Positions 53,105 through 64,000 of a DNA stretch of 64,000 bases are shown here, piece after piece. Origin of the DNA: Octopus vulgaris (taxonomy: Eukaryota); the NCBI GenBank assembly GCA_951406725.2, contig OX597818.1:132370001-132434000 (forward strand), read 5' to 3'. The translations under genes were made by a program, and so were the position numbers. The notes beneath the pieces are model-generated. The model was not told the DNA's origin, ran no database searches, and saw only the letters and a list, made by a program, of their open reading frames with translations. The first letter of the stretch is position 1. Every line of letters begins with the position of its first letter.

Positions 53105-54001
53105 GAATTTACGAAAAAAACAAAAGACGAAGACGGGTGTGTAAACAACGAATTAGTTTAATGCTCTGGAAGAGGGGAAGTCTTTTACGTTGTGAGCCTA
53201 CGTTCTTCGATAGAAAGGAACACAGAAATAAACAGGGAGAGAAAATAAAAAGGTTTAGTAGCTAGCTATCTATCATGGCGAATGCCGGACAGTGGGGTCA
53301 CACAGGAGAGCTAGGAAGAAGGGGAGATAGAAAAGTAGTGGTGATCCCAAAACGAAAGTGCGCGTGCGTATGTATGTGAGAGCGTGTATGTGCGTGTGGA
53401 AGTGGGCTGGTGACCTTGACGCGTGCGTGTGTAGGTGTGTTGATGAGAGTGTGGTTGCTGGGAAGTGGTTAGTGCTAGTGTGTGCGCTGGTGTGGGTGTG
53501 GGAAGTGGTCAGTACAAGTGTGTACGGTGTGGTGGTGTGATGTGGTGTGGTGGTGTTTGGGTGTGGGGGAGGTGAGATTGGTAGAAACAAAGGTGGGGTG
53601 TAAGGGATGGGGTGGGGGATAGGATGTATAGGGATGGTGGGGTTGGAATGTATAGAGATGGGGTAACGAAGGCGGGGTGACGATGAAGGGAGAAGGTGAG
53701 TAGAAGTGAAGAAAGGAAGTAGGTGTCAGAGCAAGAGAGGAGAGGTGGATGGGAGGAAGTAGGTGTGAGAGTAAGAGAGGAGAGAGGAGCGGGGTTAGAT
53801 GAAGAGGGGAGGAGAGTTGAGCCCATATGGTGCAAAGAAGTGAAGAGAGAAGATTAATCCTTGTTCATGGCGAAGACGGGAGTCTGGATGACCCCTGTGC
53901 AAGGACAATCCGAACACAGACAGGTGTTGTAAAGAATGAACGGTAGAGCGGAAATGGCGTGAGACTGGGGTGTCGTTGCTGAGTCTGATGTCTCGGAGGT
54001 G
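53100..54001 (-). mobile_element. 3' end of a Penelope-like element (GIY-YIG C-terminus, 3' UTR/pLTR, decayed hammerhead), ending at (TA)n
   Basis: Coding end at 53795-54001; decayed motif CTTT-CTATCGA-agaacgtaggctc-ACAAC-GTA-AAAG at 53182-53217, homologous to 38991-39026. Confidence 0.85.
53795..54001 (-). pseudogene. PLE GIY-YIG endonuclease C-terminal fragment
   Basis: Manual translation HLRDIRLSNDTPVSRHFRSTVHSLQHLSVFGLSLHRGHPDSRLRHEQGLIFSLHFFAPYGLNSPPLFI* fits the HxxxI..PVxxHF..H..R..EQ.LIF.L...P.GLN pattern. Confidence 0.88.
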
Positions 54002-54535
54002 TCATGCTTCACCATCTCATCCCATGTCTTCCTGGGTCTACCTCTTCTATAGTTAGGAAGTGGCACTTCCTCACACAACTACATTCATTCATATGTAATA
54101 CATGGCCATACCAGCACAGTCATCTCTCTTGCACACCACATTCAATGCTTCTTATACCCAACTTTTCTCTTAGGGCGCTTACACTCTGTCGTGTATGCAC
54201 ACTGATATTACACATCCAGCAGACCATACTAGCTTCATTTGTTTCAAGTCTTAGCAGTCCTTAGCAGTCATAGTCAATATTTCACTGCCGCATAGTGTGG
54301 CAGTTCACACACATGCATCATACAGTCTACCTTTCACCCTGAGTGAGAGGCCCTTAGTTGACAGCAGAGGTAGGAGCTCCCTGAACTTTGCTCAAGCTAT
54401 TCTTACTCTAGTTGCTACACTCTCAGAGCTCTCACTACAGACTTGTATGCCTAGATAGCAGAAGCTATTAACTACTTCTGGTTTCTCCACCAGGCATGTG
54501 ATGGAAACTGTTTTCTGTACATCTTCAATGTTTAT
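54002..54535 (-). pseudogene. RTE-clade LINE ORF C-terminal fragment (decayed)
   Basis: AKFRELLPLLSTKGLSLRVKGRLYDACV..ALREKLGIRSI..WYGHVLHM..RGRPRKTWDEMVKHD with stops and frameshifts. Confidence 0.88.
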
Positions 54536-54611
54536 TGCCCCGGTGCATCTGCCACACGCAAAAACTCAATACATGTTTATAACATGTTAGAATAGTTGTA
54601 GTAGGAGTAGG

Positions 54612-54984
54612 AGCACTCCGTCGGTTACGACGATGAGGGTCCCAGCTGATACGATCAACGGAACAGCTTGCTCGTGGAATTAACGTGCAAGTGGCTGAGC
54701 ACTCCACAGACACGTGTACCCTTAACGTAGTTCTCGAGGAAATTCAGCGTGACACAGAGTGTGACAAGGCTGGCTCTTTGAAATACAGGTACAACAGAAA
54801 CAGTAAGTAAGAGTGAGAGAAAGTTGTGGTGAAAGAGTACAGCAGGGTTCACCACCATCCCCTGCCGGAGCCTCGTGGAGCTTTAGGTGTTTTCGCTCAA
54901 TAAACACTCACAATGTCCGGTCTAGGAATCGAAACCGCGATCCTACGACCGCGAGTCCGCTGCCCTAACCACTGGGCCATTGCA
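54612..54984 (-). mobile_element. SINE family B (B1)
   Basis: Reverse copy. Confidence 0.9.
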
Positions 54985-55089
54985 TGGTAGAATATAGTTA
55001 TAATAGCTAAAGCAAAGAAGAGCACTGACTTTCAGTCTAAAGTCAACAATTAGCATTATTTCAGTCGAAGTCGTGGTAATAGTAGTTAT

Positions 55090-55545
55090 GGCAGTGGTGG
55101 TGGTGATGGTGATGATTTAATGATGACACTGAAGGTGTGGGTGGTAATGATGATGATGATGAGGAGGAGGAGGAGGAGGAGAAGGAGGAGGAAACATGAT
55201 GATGATGATAATTAAAATGATGACACTGAAAGTGGTGATGAAGGCAGTGGTGATGATTCTGCCACTGCTGATACAGCTGCTGCTGCAGATGATGATGATG
55301 ATGATGAGGAGGAGGAGGAGGAGGAGGAGGAGCAGCAGTAGGAGCAGGAGGAGGAGCATAGGAGGAGCAGGAGGAAGAAGAGAATGACAGTGATGGTGAA
55401 ATGAGAGTAGTTAAATTTCAGAGAGGAGTAGATGATGGAGGAGGATGCTACAGCAAAAGAAGAGAGGGAGATGGTGAAGAAGAATAGGAAGAAGAAGAAG
55501 AAGAAGAAGAAGAAGAAGAAGAAGAAGAAGAAGAAGAAGAAGAGA
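55090..55545. repeat. GAT/GAG/GAA compound microsatellites
   Basis: (gaa)n at 55488-55542 and others. Confidence 0.9.
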
Positions 55546-55710
55546 GAACTGGAAGGAGACGGAAGGAAAATAAAGAGCATCAACAACCTCAACAACAGTA
55601 ACTAACACTGTCAGTTACGACGATAAGGGTTCCAGTTGGTCCGATCAATGGAACAGCCTGCTCGTGAAATTAATGTGCATGTGGCTGAGTACTCCAGAGA
55701 CCCGTTTACC

Positions 55711-55938
55711 TATTTCTTTATTACCCACAAGGGGCTAAACACAGAGAGAATAAACAAGTACAGACAAACGGATTAAGTTGATTATATCGACCCCAGAACG
55801 TAACTGGTACTTATTTAACCGACCCCGAAAGAATGAAAGGCAAAGTCGACCTTGGCGGAATTTAAACTCAGAACGTAGCGGCAGACGAAATACCGCTAAG
55901 CATATCGCCCGGCGTGCTAACGTTTCTGCCAGCTCGCC
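55711..55938 (-). mobile_element. SINE family C nested in an older B-like SINE (about 55612-56170, minus)
   Basis: C monomer interrupts gctgagtactccagagacccgt|..|acccgtatcccttaatgtaatt of a B1-type tail. Confidence 0.8.
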
Positions 55939-56244
55939 GGGTATAGACCCGTATCCCCTTAATGTAATTATCAGGGAGATTTAGCACGACTCAGAGTGTG
56001 ACAAGGCTTGCCCTTTGAAATATAGTTACTACTCATTTTTGCCAGCTGAGTGGACTGGGGCAACATGAAATAAAGTGTCTTGCTCAAGGACACAATGCGT
56101 CGCCAAGAATTGAACTTGTGACACTATGATCATAATCTGAATACCCTAACCACTAAGCCATGTGCCTTTACACAACAACAGTAATAACAGCAACAAGAGA
56201 GCCTCTACATGATCATTTAGGATGTTAGAAACTGTAACCAAATA

Positions 56245-57015
56245 AGGCGGCGAGCTGGCAGGAACATTAGCATGCCGGGCGAAATGCTTAGCAGTATTTC
56301 ATCTGCCGATACGTTCTGAGTTCAAATTCCGCTAAGGCCGACTTTGCCTTTCATCTTTTCGGGGTCAATAAATTAAGTACCAATTACGTACTGGGGTCGA
56401 TGTAATCAACTTAATACCTATGTCTGTCCTTGTTTGTCCTCTCTGTGTTTAGCCCCTTGTGGGTAGTAAAGAAATAGGTATTTCGTCTGCTGTTACATTC
56501 TGAGCTCAAATTCCGTCGAGGTCGACTTTGCCTTTCATCCTTTCGGGGTTGATAGATTAAGTACCAGTTACACACTGGGGTCGATGGAATCAACTTAATC
56601 CCTTTGTCTGTCCTTGTTTGTCCTCTCTGTGTTTAGCCCCTTGTGGGTAGTAAAGAAATAGGTATTTCGTTTGCTGTTACATTCTGAGCTCAAATTTCGC
56701 CAAGGTCGACTTTGCCTTTCATCTTTTTGGGGTCAATAAATTAAGTACCACTGGGGTCGATGTAATCAACTTAATCCCTTTGTCTGTCCTTGTTTGTCCT
56801 CTCTGTGTTTAGCCCCTTGTGGGTAGTAAAGAAATAGGTATTTCGTCTGCTGTTACATTCTGAGCTCAAATTCCGTCGAGGTCGACTTTGCCTTTCATCC
56901 TTTCGGGGTTGATAGATTAAGTACCAGTTACACACTGGGGTCGATGTAATCGACTTAATCGTTTGTCTGTCCTTGTTTATCCCCTCTATGGCCCCTTGTG
57001 GGCAATAAAGAAATA
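56245..57015 (+). mobile_element. SINE family C, head plus four tandem body units of about 180 bp
   Basis: Junctions gaaata|ggtatttcg at 56476, 56660 and 56836; single TSD agaaactgtaac(c/g)aaat at 56227-56243 and 57016-57032. Confidence 0.93.
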
Positions 57016-57277
57016 AGAAACTGTAACGAAATCTCCTTCAAATGAGCTCCACACTAACTTTAAAAAAAGGGGAGAACACATTGGATAATGTAATCTTGGA
57101 TATATTATGTTTGGAAAATAAAGGTCAAGGTGGCCACTACTGGAATGTCTTTGATCATAGGTTTGCTTGTTCAACAGCAAAAAGAAAAGCAACTGTAGAA
57201 ACAACAATCACACTAGCAACAACACCAAGGATAGAAGCAATGATGCCAATGATCACAAGGGCAACAACAGCAATAAT

Positions 57278-57727
57278 GGAGGCACAATGGCCCAGTAGTT
57301 AGGGCAGCGGACTCACGGTCATAAGAACGCGGTTTCGATTCCCAGACCGGGCATTGTGAGTGTTTATTGAGCAAAAACACCTAAGCTCCACAAGTTTCCG
57401 GTGAGGAAGGGTGGTGAACTCCGCTGTACTCTTTCACCACAACTTTCTCTCACTCTTTCTTCCTACTTCTGCCACAAAGCAGAGGAACCATGGTGTAACC
57501 CACTATGGTGTGGTAAACTTTCAGGCCCTAGTCTAGACTGCGAATCCTCTGTACCCCAGAATGGTTCAGCTCTCCACCCATTAAAAGCTATCGTTTATGG
57601 AATGAGGATAACAACGTAGCTTTCGCGCCCGTGTAACCACCTGTCTATCGCGTGTGGTGGGTGGATCTTCAAGTTGCCACACGCACTCTTAGTAGCTTAG
57701 AGTAGGCTCGAATTAGAGATTATTCTT
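57278..57727 (+). mobile_element. SINE family B head with a fourth, unrelated tail (B4)
   Basis: Family B head and body to about 57465, then unique sequence; 3' boundary approximate. Confidence 0.7.
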
Positions 57728-57755
57728 TGTTGCTAATGACGTGAGTCCTGATTGG

Positions 57756-58023
57756 AAGAAGGAGAAGAAGAAGAAGAAGAAGAAGAAGAAGAAGAAGAAG
57801 AAGAAGAAGAAGAAGAAGAAGAAGAAGAAGAAGAAGAAGAAGAAAACAGCAATAGTAAGAACAGAAATAATGGTTATAACACCAGGAGCAGCAGCAGCAA
57901 CAGCAGCAGCAACAGCAGCAGCAGTACCATCAGCAGCAGCATCAACAGATGTAACAATAACTACAACAGTTACAAAAATGGTAAAATAACAGGAATGACA
58001 CCAGAAGCAGCAACAACAACAAC

Positions 58024-58115
<92 letters not shown>

Positions 58116-58988
58116 CAACAAGAACAGCAACTTATGGCAGCAATAGTAATAACAACAACATCAACAACTGCAACAAGCAGTAATGAAAATCACAACAAAA
58201 ACCATAAAAAGAAACATCAACAACAACAACAAAACGCAGCAGCAATAAGTGCAACAACAACAACAACAACAACAGAAAAACAAAGCAACATCAAAAACAA
58301 TAACAACTACTTAAAGCATCTAATAATAGGTGACCCACATTTACCTCTTGCCACACCCATAAATAAATACAGTACAATGACCTACCTTGTTTACTTGGCA
58401 GTAATGCAGAGCGAGTGCACGTTAAGGATTGTGTCAATTGCAGTCATGCACAGCTTACCTGTCAGTGGTGCAGCCATGTGATCTTTTTTCTTCTTTTTTT
58501 TGATTTAGAGTACATATGGGTTGTTAATAAGGAGAGATGCAGTGATTATGAGCAACAACAACAATGATGAAGATGATGATGATGATGATGATGATGATGG
58601 CAATAACAAATGAGATGGCGATGATGGTGATGATGATGATGGCAACAACAAATGAGATGGCGATGATGGTGATGATGATGATGGTGACGACAGTGATGGT
58701 GATGATGTTGATGATGAGTAGTGTTGGTGGGGGTGGTGGCAGTGGCAGAGGTGATAATAATGAATGTGATTCTGGTGACGGCGATGATAACGATGATGAT
58801 GATGTTGGTGGTGGTAGGGTGGTGGTGGTGGTGGTAGGGTGGTGGTGGTGGTGGTGATGATGATGATGGTGATGGTGATGATGATGATGATGAGGGTGGT
58901 GGTGGTGGTGACGATGATGATGATGATGATGGTGATGGTGATGATGATGATGATGATGATGAGGGTGGTGGTAGTGGTGGTGGCGATG

Positions 58989-59020
<32 letters not shown>

Positions 59021-59661
59021 GATGATGATGATGATAATGATGAGGGTGGTGGTGATGGTGATGATGATGATGATGATGATGGTGATGGTGATGATGATGA
59101 TGATGAGGGTGGTGGTGGTGGTGGTGATGGTGATGATGATGATGATGATGATGGTGGTGTTGATGGCAGTAGCAGAGGTGATGATAGTGAATGTGATTCT
59201 AGTGATGGTGCTGATGATGATGGTGATCAAGATTGAGGTAATTACACTGATGATGACAATGATGATGATGAAGGTGGTGGTGTTGGTTGTGGTGGTGGTT
59301 GTAATGAGGAACATGATTCTCGTAATGGAGATTGATGGTGGTGATGATGGTAATATTGATGATAATGATGATGAGGGTGATGGTGTTGGTTATAATGATG
59401 AACATGATTCTGATAATGGCGATGGTGGCAGTGATGAGGGTGGTGACAGAAATGATGGTGGTGGTTGTTGATCATATTGATGGTGGCAATTTAAAGATGT
59501 TGATTACAAAGAATTGGGATGATAATGATGATGCTGGTAGTGGTGGTGGTAGTGGTGGTGGTGGTGGTGGTGGTGGTGATGTTACTGATGGTGCCAATCA
59601 AGGTGATATCAATGACAGAGAGATATAATAATGATGGTGGTGATGTTGGTGATTAGGACAA

Positions 59662-59700
<39 letters not shown>

Positions 59701-59720
59701 CTGATGATGGCTGGTGGTAG
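57756..59720. repeat. Compound microsatellite region: (GAA)n, (CAG)n, (AAT)n, (CAA)n, (GAT/GGT)n
   Basis: Direct inspection. Confidence 0.92.
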
Positions 59721-59839
59721 TGATGATGTTGATGTTTTTTTTCCAGCTGCTACTTTTGCAATGGCCACTTCTTTTACAGGTTCCCATATCAAGTAATGTA
59801 ACATATGTCATGTAATTTGTACTTTTTATTGCATCCTTA

Positions 59840-59841
<2 letters not shown>

Positions 59842-59889
<48 letters not shown>

Positions 59890-60006
59890 TTATGTGTGTA
59901 TATATATATACATATATATATATGTATGTATATATATATATGTATATACACATATATATATATGTATATGCACATATACATATATACATATATATATATG
60001 TATATG

Positions 60007-60043
<37 letters not shown>

Positions 60044-60195
60044 GTATATATATGTATATACATATATATATATGTATATATATATATGTATATACATATA
60101 TATATACATATATATATATATATGTATATACATATATATATATGTATATATATATATGTATATACATATATATATATGTATATACATATATATAT
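59842..60195. repeat. (TA)n/(TATG) microsatellite
   Basis: Direct inspection; similar tracts at 14760-15270, 36715-37100, 39120-39830 and 40195-40655. Confidence 0.95.
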
Positions 60196-60404
60196 CTTAA
60201 ACACTACCGTCACCACCACCACCACCACCACTACCATCACCACCACCACCATTTCACCACCACACCTAGATAGCAATTTGCATTTCCGTCTCAACATCAT
60301 CTTCACCCACGACGACGACGACCACCACCACATCTAGCCCCACCTCATACGCTGTGGAATACTCAACCACTTTCCGTGGTTGTTAAGTTCATCCACCGCA
60401 ACCA

Positions 60405-60980
60405 TTGTAACGACCATCCCTGCATAACAATTTCCATCACCGCTACCTTTTTCAGCAGTACCACCACCACCACCACCACCCACCACCACCACCACCACCA
60501 CCACCAGCCACGTTACCATCAGCACCTACATCTCTGTCACCACCAACACCATCACCACTACCACCACCAGCCAACGCCACCCACCTACACCACCACCTAC
60601 ACCACCACCAACACCACTACCACCACCACCACCACCACCACTACCACCACCAGCCACGCCACCACAGTCATCTAACGACCATCCCTACGTAACAATTTCC
60701 ATCACCGCTACCTTTTTCAGCAGTACCACCACCACCACCACTAACACCACCTACACAACGCCACCACCTACACCACCACCACCACCACCACCACCCAACG
60801 CCAACCCACCATCACCACCACCACCACCAGCCACGCCACCACAGTCATCTAACGACCATCCCTACGAAACAATCTCCATCGCCACTACCTTTTTCAGCAG
60901 TAGCAGCAGCAGCAGTACCACCGCCACCCTCATCACCATTCTTCCACCACCACCACCACCGCCACCGCCACCACCACTTA
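60405..60980. repeat. Three-copy tandem unit embedded in (CAC)n
   Basis: aacgaccatccct..aacaatttccatcaccgctacctttttcagcagta at about 60409, 60674 and 60851. Confidence 0.85.
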
Positions 60981-61149
60981 CTACCCAACCACCGTAACGT
61001 CTTCCACTCAAGCACCAATGAGGCATAACAACTTTATCGTTGAAACCGTTCAATTGTAAAGTCATTAGACTCCTACTTTTGCTTATTTACTATATTTGAT
61101 AAATTGAAAAAAAAAAAAGAATAAAGACAGAGAAAAAGAAAACGAATCA

Positions 61150-62315
61150 ATACATACATACATACGTACGTACGTACGTACGCACATACATACGTACGTA
61201 CAGACATACGTACTTACATACATACATACATACATGCATGCATGCATGCATACATACATACGTACGTACAGACATACGTACGTACGTACATATATACATA
61301 CATACGTACGTACATACATAAATACATACATACATACGTACATACATGCATACATACATACATACATACATACATACATACATACATACATGCATGCATA
61401 CATACATACATACATACATACATACATACATACATACATACATGCATGCATACATACATACATACATGCATACATACATACATACATACATACGTGCATA
61501 CATACATACACACATACATACATACGTATACATACATACATACATGCATGCATGCATGCATACATACATACATACATACATACATACATACATACATACA
61601 TACATACATACATACATACATACATACATACATACATACATACATACATACATACATACATACATACATACATACATACATACATACATACATACATACA
61701 TACATACATACATACATACATACATACATACATACATACATACATACATACATACGTACATACATGCATGCATACATACATACATACATACGTACGTGCA
61801 TACATACATACACACATACATACATACGTACATACATACATACATACATACATACATACATACATACATACATACATACATGCATACATACATACATACA
61901 TACATACATACATACATACATACATACATACATACATACATACATACATACATACATACGTACATACATACATACATACATACATACATACGTACGTACG
62001 TACATACATACATACATACATACATACATACGTATACATACATACATACATACATACATGCATACATACATACATACATACATACATACATACATACATA
62101 CATACACACACACACATGCATGCATACATACATACGTACATACATACATACATACATACATACATACGTACGTGCATACATACATACATACGTATACATA
62201 CATACATACATGCATGCATGCATGCATGCATACATACATACATACATACATACACACACACATACATACATACATACATACATGCATGCATGCATGCATA
62301 CATACATACATACAT

Positions 62316-62346
<31 letters not shown>

Positions 62347-62695
62347 TGCATGCATACATACATACGTACATACATACATACATACATACGTACGTGCATA
62401 CATACATACACACATACATACATACGTATACATACATACATACATGCATGCATGCATGCATACATACATACATACATACATACATACACACATACATGCA
62501 TACATACATTACATACATACATACATACACACATACATACATACGTACATACGTACATGCATGCAAACATACATACATACATACATACATACATACGTAC
62601 ATACATACATACGTACATACATACATACATACATACATACATACATACATACATACATACATACGTACGTACATAAGTACGTACATATATACATT
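61150..62695. repeat. 1.5-kb (TACA)n tetranucleotide satellite
   Basis: TACA units with TACG/TGCA variants. Confidence 0.97.
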
Positions 62696-62928
62696 ACATT
62701 AAGAGCGTCTTTTGAATGAATAAAAATAAAAACATGAGAAAATGAAAGAGAATTCAAAAATAAGAGATAAATATAACAAGACAAACAATTAAATTTATTG
62801 TTTAAAATATTTATCTATATTCTGTCAATATTGATTTTTGGGAAAAAAAAATAAATAACAAAAAAGATGAATTAGTCCGATTTTCCTTTCTTTTGGTCTC
62901 CTCTGTTTTTTTCTCTTTTTAATATATA

Positions 62929-63364
62929 CAAGCAGTATAGCCCGGCGTTGCTCGGATTTGTTGTTCTTTTCGACCCTTTAGAATTGGAATTTTTGGAAAG
63001 TAAAAAAATTTTGCATTATATAGCTTGTTATTCTCTTTAAGTGAACATTTTTCTGGTTGAAATACACCGAAAAATGGCGACACAGCAGTCAAAAAATCGT
63101 AAAAAAATAGGGATTTTCATAGAAAAAAAGCACCTTTTTGATGTAAGTAATTTTTGGTGTTAATATGGTCCGATTTTCCTACGGAATAAAGAGCAAGCCT
63201 TCTTCTACCATACTCTCAATTTTGGTTAACTTGCGCCGCAGGGTCTCGGAGGAGATAGTATTAGTTGAAAGCTACCAAACCTGCCACACACACACACTCA
63301 CACACACACACACACACACACACATACATACACACACACACAACTTCAACTTTATATATATAGA
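62929..63364 (-). mobile_element. Non-autonomous Helitron, related subfamily
   Basis: Shares the terminus gcagtatagcccggcgttgctcgg with 26268; other end (CA)n..ctttatatatatagat. Confidence 0.7.
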
Positions 63365-63639
63365 TAATATATAAATATGTGTATGTATACATATGTGTGT
63401 GTATGTATGTATGTATGTATGTATGTATGTATGTATGCATGTATGTAAATATATATGTGCGTGTGTATGTGTATAGATAGACAAAATTACATACACATAT
63501 ATATGTACTTATGTGTATTTGTGTGCATGTATGTATGTGTATGTAAATGCACACACATATATAGTTCAAAGATGAAGACAGGGTTAAGAAGAACAAGCAA
63601 GTGTATTAGTTTAACGCACGAGAAAAATGGAAATATATA

Positions 63640-64000
63640 TATATAAACGGCAGTTTGTCTCTGTGTGTTTCTGTGTGTCTGTTAGGTTGTACCCTCACCC
63701 TGACCACAGCTTTCAACCGATTCTGATGAAACTTGACACACACATAGCCCAATGTCATAATTCAAAACTAACGCAGCGAAAATTTTGAAAAGTTCCCCCA
63801 GTTCTGAAAAAAATCGATAAATTCGACATGGGGTCGAGAATCAGAAACCCAAACCACAGACCGTCTAGGGGACGCAACTCCACCTTTTTTAACTCTCAAA
63901 AAAAAATTTACCATAATTTTTTTTCCATTTTTTTGCTATTTTTTGGCTATAACTCTCTAAAAATGCTTTATAGTTATTTCCCTTACAAACCTGAGCAACG
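63640..64000 (+). mobile_element. Non-autonomous Helitron (runs off window end)
   Basis: Near-identical reverse complement of 26285-26630. Confidence 0.85.

Noticed and set aside
56245-57015. CRISPR-like array
   Set aside because: Units are whole 180-bp SINE bodies with no unique spacers; eukaryotic context and no cas genes
58505-59628. Poly-Ile, Met, Thr and His ORFs
   Set aside because: GAT/GGT microsatellite translations
61083-62719. Six overlapping 450-520 aa ORFs (MYVC/HTYI repeats)
   Set aside because: Translation of the (TACA)n satellite

Overview
AT-rich eukaryotic intergenic or intronic DNA made almost entirely of microsatellites and transposable-element debris. The SINE set and repeat style suggest a coleoid cephalopod, probably Octopus (inference; no database search was run). 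No host protein-coding exon can be supported, and nearly all ORFs in the track are translations of simple repeats or SINEs. Recognisable content: three tRNA-derived SINE families (called A, B and C here, about 30 copies), hAT, pogo/Tc1 and Merlin-like MITEs with TIRs and TSDs, non-autonomous Helitrons, and decayed CR1/L2-like, RTE, HERO-like and Penelope-like (PLE) retroelements. The main signal is about 14 type-I (minimal) hammerhead-ribozyme motifs of many unrelated sequence families. Most sit in short inserts at (TA)n tracts, often with fold-back duplications. They include compensatory U3-A8 and G3-C8 core variants, and one is physically linked to a PLE GIY-YIG endonuclease end. All structures were folded by eye.
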